Shown here: positions 1-11,619 of the stretch, in pieces
Layout: each line of letters starts with the position of its first letter
Position numbering within the stretch: position 1 is the first letter of the stretch
From: Octopus sinensis
Taxonomy: Eukaryota
DNA: 64,000 bases
Direction of reading: 5' to 3'
Assembly: GCF_006345805.1 (NCBI RefSeq)
Contig: NC_042997.1
Coordinates: 79,980,001-80,044,000, forward strand
Translations under genes and position numbers: made by a program
The notes under the pieces: model-generated
Databases searched by the model: none
What the model was told of the DNA's origin: nothing
The model's input: the letters and a program-made list of their open reading frames with translations, nothing else

Positions 1-1183
1 TAATATGTTTCATAGCATTGCAACCCCTACCACAACATTTTTTGTTTGAAGAATTCTAATACACACAAGCTTGTTTCTTTAAAGTGTAAAACCCAATTGG
101 ATTTTTTATTTTTTATTTTTTTATTTTTGGTGGCACTATTAGATGCACAACCTAAATACATAAATTGGAAAGCAAGGGAGAGTTCGTACTTGATTTTATT
201 ATTACAAAATTATGTAAAAATAAAGAAACAAATTTGTAGATTATTATACTGCTTTAACATGACTTATTAATACACTTGTATAAATGTAATTAATTTGCCT
301 TGAACACGTGATTATATTTAATTATCAGATCTTGAAAATCTATATAGCTAATGTATCCAAAGAAGAGTACAACCTAAAACAATATTTTTTCTTCATGTTA
401 CACTAGAGTAACTAACATTTTTTTTTTGTTTATTAAATTAATTCAGTGAAAAGAAATTAAAGCATCAGATATTTTCTTGATCATAATATATTGCTTACTG
501 ATCATTATAAAAAACTGATATTGGTAGGAATATATCACTTGTCAAAGAAGACTGCATATGACATACCTGTAACTTTCTTGATAAAGAGAACTATGTAGCT
601 GAACTAGTTTTCTTGACCAAGTTTAACGGGCTGTTCATCTTGATATATTTTTCAATTTGAATAAAATATAATGACATTTCTCATCAAAGGTTCTTGAAAA
701 AAATTCAGTATAAAAAAAACACCTGTTTCACAAATTCAGTATATGCAACCTTCTTGATCTTCAGTGTTCTAAAAGAGTATAACTCACCAGTGTTTTTACT
801 CTTTCAGACACATCATTTTCCTCAGCTTCTAGTGAGAAATTATTATGGTATTTAAAATATCACTAAATTGCAGTAAAGCAATGAGATATCTATTTGTATA
901 TAGTGCACATATGAATGACTGCCACTTTACACATTAAATACTATTTTATATTTTCTTAAAAAAAGTTGCAGTTTAGTCACTTTGGCTCAAAACTTGCCAT
1001 TTATACATGCATATACCCCAAACTTGCATGTGTTTTACTTTAAGATGTATTATTTTTGATATTTTTTCAAGTAAATACAATTGCATTCATTCTAAAGTGA
1101 ACTATTATGGATGTATATCACAATTTTTTAAAATTTTACATTTTGTGTGATAATGGATTTTTTTTTCCTATATATATTTACAG

Positions 1184-1315
1184 ATATAGACATACTCAAT
1201 GGATTAGGATGGTCAGCACAGCTTGATAAAGTGTTTGAAGATAATTATAACAAAAACAAAAAGTTATTGTGGCAGTATTTTGGAAGCCAGAGTGGTTTCA
1301 TGAGAATGTATCCTG
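1184..1315 (+). CDS. CACNA2D: alpha2delta calcium-channel subunit, internal exon (132 nt, phase 1-1), dCache_1 region
   Basis: tttacag|AT...CCT G|gtaaat; encodes (D)IDILNGLGWSAQLDKVFEDNYNKNKKLLWQYFGSQSGFMRMYP, matching the alpha2delta motif W..LD.VF..N.....L.WQ.FGS..G..R.YP. Confidence 0.96.
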
Positions 1316-1959
1316 GTAAATTAATTTTTATTTTAATTCTTAAATTATATTCATATTCATAGATAAAATATAAACTACATAAAAATGGAAAATGTTCTGT
1401 TTGGTGTCAGATGGACTTCATTCACAAATAATTCTTTCTACTCTAATATGGCTTATGCTTAAAAGTAATAAGTTGGCAATAAAAATAAATTACCAGTCTA
1501 ATTGTGCCAATAGTCAAAATTAATGACTTGTGAAATATTTCAATTTTGCAATAAAGAAAATTGTTTTCTGCTGATATAAAATTTTTTGCATGAAACAGCA
1601 GATCTGATGTCTTCTAAGTGCCATAACTTAGAGTAAGAATATTTTGTAAAGTCCTGTCACAAATTTAAAATACATTTGGGGTATGATTCACAAAAAGAAA
1701 AAATACGAAATTCTTTTTGTAAAAACTTATAATGCAAAACTTATAACTTATTAATTTGGCCAAGCTATGCAATGATATTATAAAATATATAGGGTATAAC
1801 AACATGCTGGAAATATAAGTATTGACTATGAAAACAGTACATTTATATAATAAACAGCTGCATACTACCACAGACCTTACCAGCTGTGCTTCTAATCTAC
1901 ATGTGAGGAGAGGTCAAAAATGATCCGCACTTTTGCCATAATATATCTTTATTATTGTC

Positions 1960-2472
1960 ATACTGCCTTCTGCCTTCTTTGGTGCACATTGCTAGTGGAG
2001 TGGCCATACTTACACTGTAAAGCCAGAAAGAAAAATGGCTCGATTAGGCTCAAATTTCGATCATGTGACCACAATAATACCAACTATAAGCACTCATGCA
2101 CAGCACGTAAAAACCACCATTTGAGCGTGATTGTCACCTACGTTGCCTTACTGGCACTTGTGCCGGGGCATGTGAACAAAACATTGGAGCAAGGTTGTTG
2201 CCAGTGCCGCTGGACTGACTCCTGTGCAAGTGGCACGTAAAAAGCACCATTTGAGCATGGCTGTTGCCAGTACTGCCAGACTGGCCCTCATGCCGGTGGC
2301 ACGTAAAAGCACCCACTACACTCTCGAAATGGTTGGCATTAGGAAAGGCATCCAACTGTAGAAACTCTGTCAGATCAGATTGGAGCCTGGCACAGCCATC
2401 TGGTTCACCTGTCCTCAGTCAAATCGTCCAACTCGTGCTAGCATGGAAAGCAGATGTTTGATGATGATGATG
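1960..2472 (+). mobile_element. RTE-LINE 3' UTR/tail-derived retroposon ending in (ATG)n
   Basis: Shares cccactacactctc...ggttggcattaggaaaggcatcc...tgctagcatggaaagc and the (GAT)n tail with the RTE copies at 24-25 kb and 27-29 kb. Confidence 0.8.
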
Positions 2473-4786
2473 TGGAAGTGCAGATAATTTTTGACTTTCC
2501 CGTGTACTTCAAGGTGCACCACTTTAACATACAGTCATGAGAGGCAGTTTCAATGCATGGTACTAGAATACAAATAAATTTCCTTTATTCTCTAAACAAC
2601 ACACCCATATACCTCTCCAACATATAGTCACTTTCTTCTAGGTATTATTTTCTGCTCCATACACCAATTCACTACAACAGTATAGCAAATGTTCCTGCAA
2701 CTCTGTTCCACCCATCTACCTCTCATCATCACAACACACATGCATATCAATGCATATCAATGAACAAAATGAAATGCCCCATAAACTTAAAGAACCATTG
2801 ATCACCTCCATCAAAGGATAGAATTACAGTTCACAGAATACAGATATTGTATTACTTGTCATAGTGGCAGCATGGTTCCTGACAGAAATGTCATTACCCC
2901 ACCCCAACAACATGGGGTATGATTTGAACTCAGAATGCAGAGAACCAAAACAAATACTATAAAGCATTCTTTTTGATGCACTAATGACTCTTCCATCCAC
3001 TCAACAAAATTATAGAGGCTTTCAAAGAACATATCCACAAGCAAAACAGAAAAATACTTCCCTAGTTATATGACTGAAGTCTCCAAACTGATAAAAACTA
3101 GGAAACATTGCAAATACATCAGAAATAAAACTCAGCATCAAACATTTTAACAAGAAATGATAAACCAAAGAAACAAAGGAAAGCTAAAAACTGGCAAACA
3201 TCCAAATTGAATGTAAACCACATAAACAGAAAATACTCTGCAAATTAATTAGCAGCACCAATAACTAACAACAGCCATACAGTATGTCACAACAACCTTA
3301 AGTAACACAGAGACTCCAATATCATACAAACTCTCTGGAAATGAACAGTTTTCAAAAAAAATTGAAAAACAGAAACAACACACTTGTCACTAGGCCATGA
3401 TTTTAACCTCTTTCTTCTGCTAAATATAGAAAAAACACAAAAAGATTCAATAACTTTAGGGCTTAGCTAAATTAGAAATATACAACTAAGGCCTGAAAGA
3501 AATCTTTCATTCACTCACATCTTCAACTACTTGTGCCAATATTACCAAAGCCAGGGTATTTGGAAACAGGAGAAATTTAAAACAATTCTGAAATCTACAA
3601 GAAAAAAAATATATAAAGAATTTATAACAACTGTATTATACAGCTTAAGTATAAATATTGCAAACTGAACTGTACATGTGTATATACTTGCTTCTAATCT
3701 CTTATTTACTTCACTATCCAATAATACTTGACTAACTGTTCAATAAACCAATCACTTTATAACATTATTCTAATTATATTTTTCTGTCTTTTAGTATACA
3801 AACTATGTCTTCTCAGTTATGCTTACTAATTTATCCAAGTCCTTCAATCTATTATAGTTTAAAGCCATAAAGTATTCTATGTAATATTTAACTCATTGAA
3901 CCTTTCTATCCAATGTATTACTGTTTTAAGACTCTTGAATATTCTTGGTTTTAGAACTCCAGTTCAATTACCTACATTGTATACATACATAAATTGGACC
4001 AGTTGGTTGAAGTGAACAACATAAGTGAAGCTAAACTAGTGTTTGCAGAGTTTGACAACTTTCATAATGTAGAAACAAAATAGTTTTCTACACATTTAAA
4101 ATGAAGACCACATATTTTAAATTATAAACTTCAGAACAACATACCTTGCAATGAAGCAGCTCAACTTAAACTATATGACTGACATCTTATATCCACATAG
4201 CCAAAATACCAGACGTGTTTATTCCTAAATAATTTTATTTGTATCTTAATTCGTGACTAATGACATCATGGATTACATGTTTCCAGTAGTTCAATCATTA
4301 GTCAATGACATTTCTGCCAACAAGAATAAGTGAGAAGCAGTTACAACTTGGTGAACTTCATTCAAAAAGTACTGGTTTTTCTTTGATGTTCACATCATTA
4401 GCTAATATATGGCAAAAAATGTAATACATCCAAATAGCTTCAACAGTTTTCATGTACCAAATTCCTTTGACAATGTACTGGTCAACCTGAGGCTACCTAA
4501 GATGTTTTAACCAAGATGTCACACAATGGAATCAAACTTCAAATCATGTGGTTTTAAAACAAACCTCTTAACCATGCAGCTATACCTGCAATCCTATTTT
4601 ATATGTATTTAAGCAAAACTGAACAAATTCTTGGTATTGAACAGCTTTGGTCAAAGTCCAATATTAACCCACATAAACAAAAGTAGTATAATTTAAATTT
4701 GTAAATAAATTAATGTTTATCAAATCATATAAACAATAAACTGTTCTTTGATTCCAGAATTTATAAATTCCTTGTTTTTATTGCAG

Positions 4787-4844
4787 CAAGCAGATGGAGA
4801 ACACACGGTAGTGTTGATCTTTTTGATGTGCGTAGACGTCCATG
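4787..4844 (+). CDS. CACNA2D: alpha2delta exon (58 nt, phase 1-2) with DVRRRPW motif
   Basis: ttgcag|CA AGC AGA TGG...CGT AGA CGT CCA TG|gtgaga; (A)SRWRTHGSVDLFDVRRRP(W); phases join both neighbours. Confidence 0.96.
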
Positions 4845-6205
4845 GTGAGAATTAATAAATTTCAAAATGAATAAATTTTTTTTATTGTTAGCCCAAGTTG
4901 TTAAATAGACAAGACATTTTTTTTTGTAAGTGTTGTTTTCAATTAGCATCCTTTCTAAATAATAATAATAATAAGAGGAAGAAGAAGAAGAAGAATCATT
5001 ATTGTTTTACATTTGCTTTCCATGCTGGCATGGGATGGATAGATTGTCATTATTTAGTATTACATTTGATAAATGAAAAAATGTTTTTACTGGTAAATTA
5101 TAGATTAGTTTGAAAAAAATATAGGAATAGATGTTAGGGATCAGACAAATTAACCTTTCTCTTTTTTTCTCTGACTTTTTTACTGGCCTCATATCATTAT
5201 TATACTTCTCCATTTTATATATTATTTAAACCTGTTTAAGTTTGCATTCTAAATTTTATAGTTTACCTTTTCATTTAGTTCTTTATACCATCTATAATTA
5301 GAACTTAAAGGTAACAATTACTCTTTATTTTTTTGAGCTGGTTCAATCAATAGGACATTGGCCATAAGAACCAGGGTTCAAAATTTTGTTATTTGTATTG
5401 TTCTATGTCCATAGACAAAACATTTGACATTTAAATTAACCTCTTCACTTAATTGCAAGTAGTATGGTGTACAAGTGTATAGCCTATAAGAGTAAGCATT
5501 AACTTCATATTTTTCTGTAAATTTTAGTTGGAGAAGGCTGTTTTTGTTGACTTGTTTTTAGATATTGTCTTTGTAGATGACATTCAAGTGATGTGATTAT
5601 AACCATAGAGATTAGAAAGTTGTTTTTGTGTTGCATATTCTTTTTAGCTTGTTAAACAATGTTTTTTATGGTGGTGAGCTCTTATAACTAAAAAAAGAGA
5701 AACTTTAAAGAATGATTTTATTTATATAGAATATTTTAGTTAACTTTTATAAACTGGATATATTCAATTTATTTTTAGATTTCTTATATTTTGACATTCT
5801 AAATCACACATAAATTTCACTATATATAGTGCAATATTTGCAAACAGGCACACACAACATTGACATCTAAAGTCAAAATATATAGTTGATTGCCTTGGTA
5901 TGCTAAATACAATAAATGTACAAATATTAATGATACTATTTTGAAGCTGCTTCTTTTAAAACTTGAATATCATTGGCTTTCTACAGCTAATATGCTGCAT
6001 CGACATGTACAAAGTTAGCACATTTCATTGCTAGATGAAAATGGTTTATGGATGAGCTTTATGGTAGTAGAAAAAGATGATGAAAACTATACCTTTGGTT
6101 TTAGTTAGTACTTTAAAAATATTTTTATATTTTAAAATTTGTGTTTATTGCTTTTTAGTATATTTTCATAACTTGTTCCATATCTTTTTGACACTTTAAT
6201 GTTAG

Positions 6206-6256
6206 GTATACTCAAGGAGCAAGTTCACCCAAGGACATGATGATTATTATTGATAC
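6206..6256 (+). CDS. CACNA2D: alpha2delta exon (51 nt, phase 2-2), start of VWA domain
   Basis: gttag|G TAT ACT CAA GGA...GAT AC|gtaagt; (W)YTQGASSPKDMMIIID(T). Confidence 0.96.
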
Positions 6257-7197
6257 GTAAGTATAATTTTTAACATTTAACATATATATATCATCATTAC
6301 TACCAAAATTTAAAGTACCTGTTTATCTCTTATTTCACCAAATTAAAAATATTAACAATTTTTAATAAGGTCTGTTTCTGATTTCCTCATCACATCTAGT
6401 TTTTTAAGCTTAAATTCATGGATATATTTCAGTATTAGTTTCATTTTAGCAATTGAACAATTCTATTGTTCTTAATAATGTTAAATTGAAAACATTTCCT
6501 TCATATATCAGCATCATTCTTTCATTCATGTCTTGAAAATTTCTATGTATTAAAGACTATCTTCATTAATTTCATCATATTACTCAAATAATTTTGAGAT
6601 AGATGAGAATGTGTGCATGTGAGTAATATTTCCAATAATGTGAACAGCACTATAATGCAGGTAATTTTCTTTTAACCAAAGCACAAGAATGATTATTAAT
6701 GAGCTTAACTAATATTTACATAACGTTATCAAATTAGGTTACTGAGCTTAATTTAACAATTGTTTATGTACATCATTTTCTGATCAACATCTATATTCAT
6801 CAGTAGTAAAAATATTAGTTTGCTGACTCAGACCATTCAGCTTTAAAATATAACTGTAAATAACAGGAGCACTAAATAATTAAAGTTTTAACATTATGTA
6901 ACTCCAAATACTTTCTTGGTTTGAATCTGATGTGTACTAGCCTTCTTATCTAGTGACATGTTTCTCAAAAGCTTAACACCTTGCTTAAGCAACTAGGTCC
7001 TACACACAATAGTTTCTGGTAAAATAACCAGCTTAAACTACTATGCCTACTTATCTTCAGTTTTAAAAGACTGTTTTTCACTCCATATGTCCTCCGCAAC
7101 TGTACTCATTTAACCATGATAAGAATCCTTATATTATAGCACATGTATTTTTTATGTAATTATATTTGTATAAAACCATTTTCTCATATTTTTGCAG

Positions 7198-7297
7198 GAG
7201 TGGTAGTGTGCACGGGCAAGCCCTTCAACTTATTAAGGTGGCAGTGAAATCTTTATTGGATACTCTAGGAGAGAATGATTTTGTAAATATTGCTCAT
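7198..7297 (+). CDS. CACNA2D: alpha2delta exon (100 nt, phase 2-0), VWA MIDAS DxSxS
   Basis: tttgcag|G AGT GGT AGT...GCT CAT|gtaaga; [33 protein letters not shown]; completes D-T-S-G-S. Confidence 0.97.
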
Positions 7298-8073
7298 GTA
7301 AGAAATAATTATTTGCTCTTATTTTCTTGTATATAATTTTGTAACTATAGTAATTTCTATCACTTAAAAATAGGTCGCTTATAGACAAAACTATTTGATA
7401 CCAAAATACAGTTTCTAAAAATATGCAATTGCATGTTGTCAAAGATAGGAAATATTTGATCTATGTAAGAAAGTCACTTACATATAATAAGTAGTACTTA
7501 ATATATGTGTACATGTTAGTTAATATATTCTGTAGATCTGCTTATGCCATTTTGGTGGCCTGTTTTGTAATTAGCATTTAGGACATGAAATCTCAGTATG
7601 TAAAATTGTAGAATCTATACAAGAAAAGATTTTTTTGAAATATGGAGTTAATTCCTTTATGTAAGTGCTCTCTTGAGGATTTGTTTGAAGAGGGTTTTAT
7701 TAATATATTGAGTATACTAAGCAATGTTTAGACTGGGAACAACTAATCTAATGTTTTATGATGAGTTATGTGGTCAACATGCTTAATTTTAAACACTTTT
7801 CTTGACATATCACTTTTTATTACCATTTTGTTACTGGTAGTGTGTTTAAGAAGCAGGGAAACCTTTTTTGGGAGATTCTCATAGCAAATTAACATTATTC
7901 ATCTTTTGAACCATGTTTACATGATTTTTGCTAATGTAGAATTTTTAGAACTCTGGAGGTTAAATTTATATATAGCTGTAGTTTCTTTCTACTTAGAACA
8001 AAGCATTAAAATCAAACTTAGCATTGTAATAGTATTTTAAAGTCTACTCAGAACAATTCTATTTCATTTCCAG

Positions 8074-8145
8074 TTTTCAAAGGATGCAAGTTTTGTCAGT
8101 TGTTTTAACGACACATTTGTTCAAGCTAATTACAGAAATAAAAAG
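8074..8145 (+). CDS. CACNA2D: alpha2delta exon (72 nt, phase 0-0), VWA
   Basis: tttccag|TTT TCA AAG...AAA AAG|gttggt; FSKDASFVSCFNDTFVQANYRNKK (family motif CF...VQAN..NKK). Confidence 0.95.
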
Positions 8146-9546
8146 GTTGGTATATTTCCTTTCTTTTAAAATGGCCAATTCTAAAGCTGCTTTTTTACAA
8201 ATATAAAACATTATTCACTTTATTTTTATTCACTTTATCTTCCCTCCATTACCGCTCTTAGTTTGACCTCCTCCAGCAACACAATCTAATCCCATCTGCT
8301 AGCACTGTGGAGTATTGGGTCACATTCAAGTGAGGTGTCCCCAGAAACAAGAAGTGCAACAGAAGTTAGAACAGGAGTAGCAAGAGGAGGAGGTAGAGTA
8401 AGGCAAGGTAAAGGAAGTAATGGAAACAGTAGAAGGGAAATACCCAGTCGGAAAGAGAAAGGAAAAAGGGAGGAAAATGCATTCTCACCTCTAAAAAGTC
8501 TACAAAAAAAAAAAAAGAGCAAAGGCAATTGGGAGGAGATGCAGATAGAAGGTGCAGAAGTAACAAAAAAGAAAATTGCAGAAGAGAGAACAAATGAAAA
8601 AGAAAGTATGCAGAAAGGAAAGGAAGCAACAACGAGGAGCGGCAGTAAGATGGACACACATACCAGGAACATTGGGAGGGAGTGGAGATGGAAAGTGGAA
8701 AGAGGAGGTGAAAAGAAGATATTTGAGGAGGATGGTGGAATACAAGAAGAGTATAGAGATAAAGAAGAGGATTATGAAGTTGAAAGATGTTATAAGAGTT
8801 AAGATAACGGGAAGTGAATATACAGAGGACGACAGGGCGGTTTTGCTGGGGAGAGAGAGAGAGAGAGAGAGAGAGCGGATAAATTGAAAGAATTGTTTGG
8901 TGAATGGATTGAATTATCGGAGTTGTGGATTCAATGTGACAAACTGCCACCAGTAGTGCCATTCGAAGGCATTGTGCAATACATTGTCGATTGAATAAAA
9001 AACTAAGTAAAATTTGCAAAATTAGAATGTGTTTAAAACAAAAAAAGAACAATAAACTGTTCACAGACATGTTGCATAAACAGTTAAATGACACTGCTTG
9101 TGTGTTGGGCGCAAGTAAGACATTTCATTTTTCATTATATCACTATATTCATATTCATTCGATTTATGTTTTATGTACCCCACTGTATTGTGTTGTCTGT
9201 CTTTATTCGTCCCTTCTTTGTAAGAGCTATATGCTCATAGTAAAGAATAAAGCTAGCAAGCCATGCTGCTCCAGACTGATGATGAGCAATGACTCAGGAA
9301 CTATTCTCTGGTTGCTGGCTTTGCTGGGTAGAGGTGCTTATCTCCCCTTTGAAAACATAAGAACACAGAAAGTGTGTCATGGCCAACTGAAAACGGTATT
9401 TCCGAGGGCTAAATAGCAGTAGCATTCTTCCCTTTCATGAGACTGCCACATGAAAAGATTATTATTTCTATCATAAAATTTTGTTATTCATATTGTTGCT
9501 ATTGCTTGTAAAATTCTAATTGTAAAATTCTAATTTATTTTACTAG

Positions 9547-9636
9547 ATTCTCACGAAAGCTGTAGAAAATCTCACAGCCCATGATATGGCAAATTTTAAG
9601 GAAGGATTTAAATTTGCATTTGAACAATTTGAACTG
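9547..9636 (+). CDS. CACNA2D: alpha2delta exon (90 nt, phase 0-0), VWA
   Basis: tttactag|ATT CTC...GAA CTG|gtatga; ILTKAVENLTAHDMANFKEGFKFAFEQFEL (family motif GF.FAFEQ). Confidence 0.95.
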
Positions 9637-10401
9637 GTATGATATTTATATAAATTATCCTTTTCTTTTAAATGTATATTTTGTATTTTGTTCAGAAATG
9701 GGAAGCTATAAAACAGTAAAATATGAGAAGGTAAGGCAATGGATATTGAATAATTAGAGAAAATGATTTTTTTTGGAATGTTTACTGCTGTTATTTAGCT
9801 GTGATTGGTACACTTATGATCAAAACTGGAAATTTCAATTTATTTTTTCAGTCACAATGTAACTTCGGCCACATTATCAACTGCATTCCTACTTTATTTA
9901 CTGAAATAGAATGTAATTTGGCTGTTATTTCTAGCATTTGAAATGATTATACAAACACCCTACAATTGGCTTGTGTTCTGTTGGATGTCTAGCAGTAAAC
10001 GTGAAAAACAGATAAAGTAAGCAAACAGCTGGACTATTAAATGAATCAGCTGATGTATGCAAAATAACCAACTACACTGATATTGACAAGCTGTATAAAT
10101 TATGAAACATTTTGGGGTTTTTAAAAAGAAAGCAGTGGAGTTTTTGGTTGATGAAACAGAGATACACTAAAGAAGGCAAAGAAGTTTAAGCATCAGAACT
10201 GAAATGTTTGGCAAATAATGTATTGTCAGCTTGGCAAACCCATGCTGATATAGACAATGAAACATTAAATTGTGAAGGATTATATGACAGCTTACTCTGA
10301 CCTTGTAAAAACTAATATATTAGATTCTTATTTTCAAAGTCAATAGAAAACTCTCCAAACAAGTTTAATTTCTCCTTTAAAATGCCAAGAAATGATTTCA
10401 G

Positions 10402-10437
<36 letters not shown>

Positions 10438-10439
<2 letters not shown>

Positions 10440-11550
10440 CGGGAAGCTTTATGAAAATAAACAAAAGACGAAGGCAGGTAGTGTACAAACAAACAATTGT
10501 ATTAGTATGGCGCTCAGGAATATAAATAAAACAAGTCTTTTACGTTTCGAGCCTACGCTCTTCAACAGAAAGATACACAGAAAAGAAACACAGAAAGAAG
10601 GAGAGAAAAAAAATGTGTGCAGAGGCTAGCGAATCAATATGGCGATCTGATTTCGGCCAGAAGTCAAAGATCAAACATGAGACGCAAGAGCGAAATTAGG
10701 GGAGATAATAGGGTTAAATGACTTCGCCCCAACATAAGAGTGTGTGTGTGTATGAGAGAGTATTAGTGCATATGAGAGGTCTGGACGTGTGTATGTATAT
10801 ATGATGTGATGTGTAAAGTCATATGGTGTAGTGTAGAGAGAGGAGATGAGGGGAGAAGGGAAGAGGGGGAGGTAAGGGGGGAGGGGAGAGGGAGATGAGA
10901 TGAGGGGGAGAAGGAAAGGGGAGAAGAGGAGGGGGAAGGGGAGAAGGAAGGGGAGGGTAGGAGGGAGGATAGAGAGGGAGAGAGAGAGAAGGGGAGTGAG
11001 GGAGCAGAGGGAAGGGGAAGAGGGAAGAAGGGAAGAGGAGTAGGGGTGAAAGGATGAAGGACTGAAGAGAAGTAGGGGTTGGGGGGGAGGTTAGATGAGG
11101 AGGGGGGAGAGTTGAGACCAAATGGCGTAAAAGAGTGAAGAGAGAAGATTAATTCCTGTTCACGGCGCAAACGGGAATCCGGATGGCCTCTGTGCAAGGA
11201 CAAACCGAACACAGACAGGTGTTGCAAGGAGTGACCGGTGGAGCGGAAATGGCGTGAGACCGGTGTGTCGTTGGCAAGGCGGATGTCACAGAGGTGTTCT
11301 GCGAACCGGTCAGCCAAGCGGCGTCCCGTTTGTCCGATGTACAGGGAATGGCAGAGAGAGCAAGAGACGCAATAGATAATATTGCTGGAGGTGCAGGTGA
11401 AGGAGTTGATGATGCGATGGGTGCCAGTGAGGAGGGTGGTGTTGGAGAGGTAAGGGCAAGTGCGGCAACGTGGGCGGGAGCAGGGGAACGAGCCAGGTTG
11501 GGAAGTAGGGTCAGGGAAGGAGCTATGGACCAAAAGGTCTCGTAGGTTAT
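10438..11550 (-). mobile_element. Penelope-like retroelement, 5'-truncated copy retaining the GIY-YIG endonuclease and 3' pseudo-LTR
   Basis: Open frame PCSRPRCRTCPY...FTCTSSNIIYCVSCSLCHSLYIGQTGRRLADRFAEH...PVSRHF...EQELIFSL...PFGLN; ends in (TA)n at about 10405-10437. Confidence 0.92.
10536..10573 (-). ncRNA. Minimal type I hammerhead-like motif in a Penelope 3' repeat (core variant CUGUUGA)
   Basis: Minus strand TCTTT-CTGTTGA-A-GAGC-GTAG-GCTC-GAA-ACGT-A-AAAGA: stem I 5 bp, stem II 4 bp, palindromic stem III ACGT. Confidence 0.6.
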
Positions 11551-11619
11551 GGGATATACAGTACACACAGACACTATAATCACTATAATGTCCTGAAGTT
11601 TAAAGCTATAAATTTCAAC

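Noticed and set aside
808-847. Possible 40-nt exon (ctctttcag|...TATG|gtattt) in frame with the 1184 exon, THHFPQLLVRNYY
   Set aside because: Good acceptor, but no convincing similarity to the expected upstream alpha2delta motif (VHIP..IY); treated as cryptic unless junction reads exist.
8286-9094. Cluster of 100-240 aa ORFs on both strands inside an alpha2delta intron
   Set aside because: Purine-rich low-complexity tract with (GA)n; K/E/R- or F/L/S-biased translations; probably a decayed repeat with no identifiable domain.
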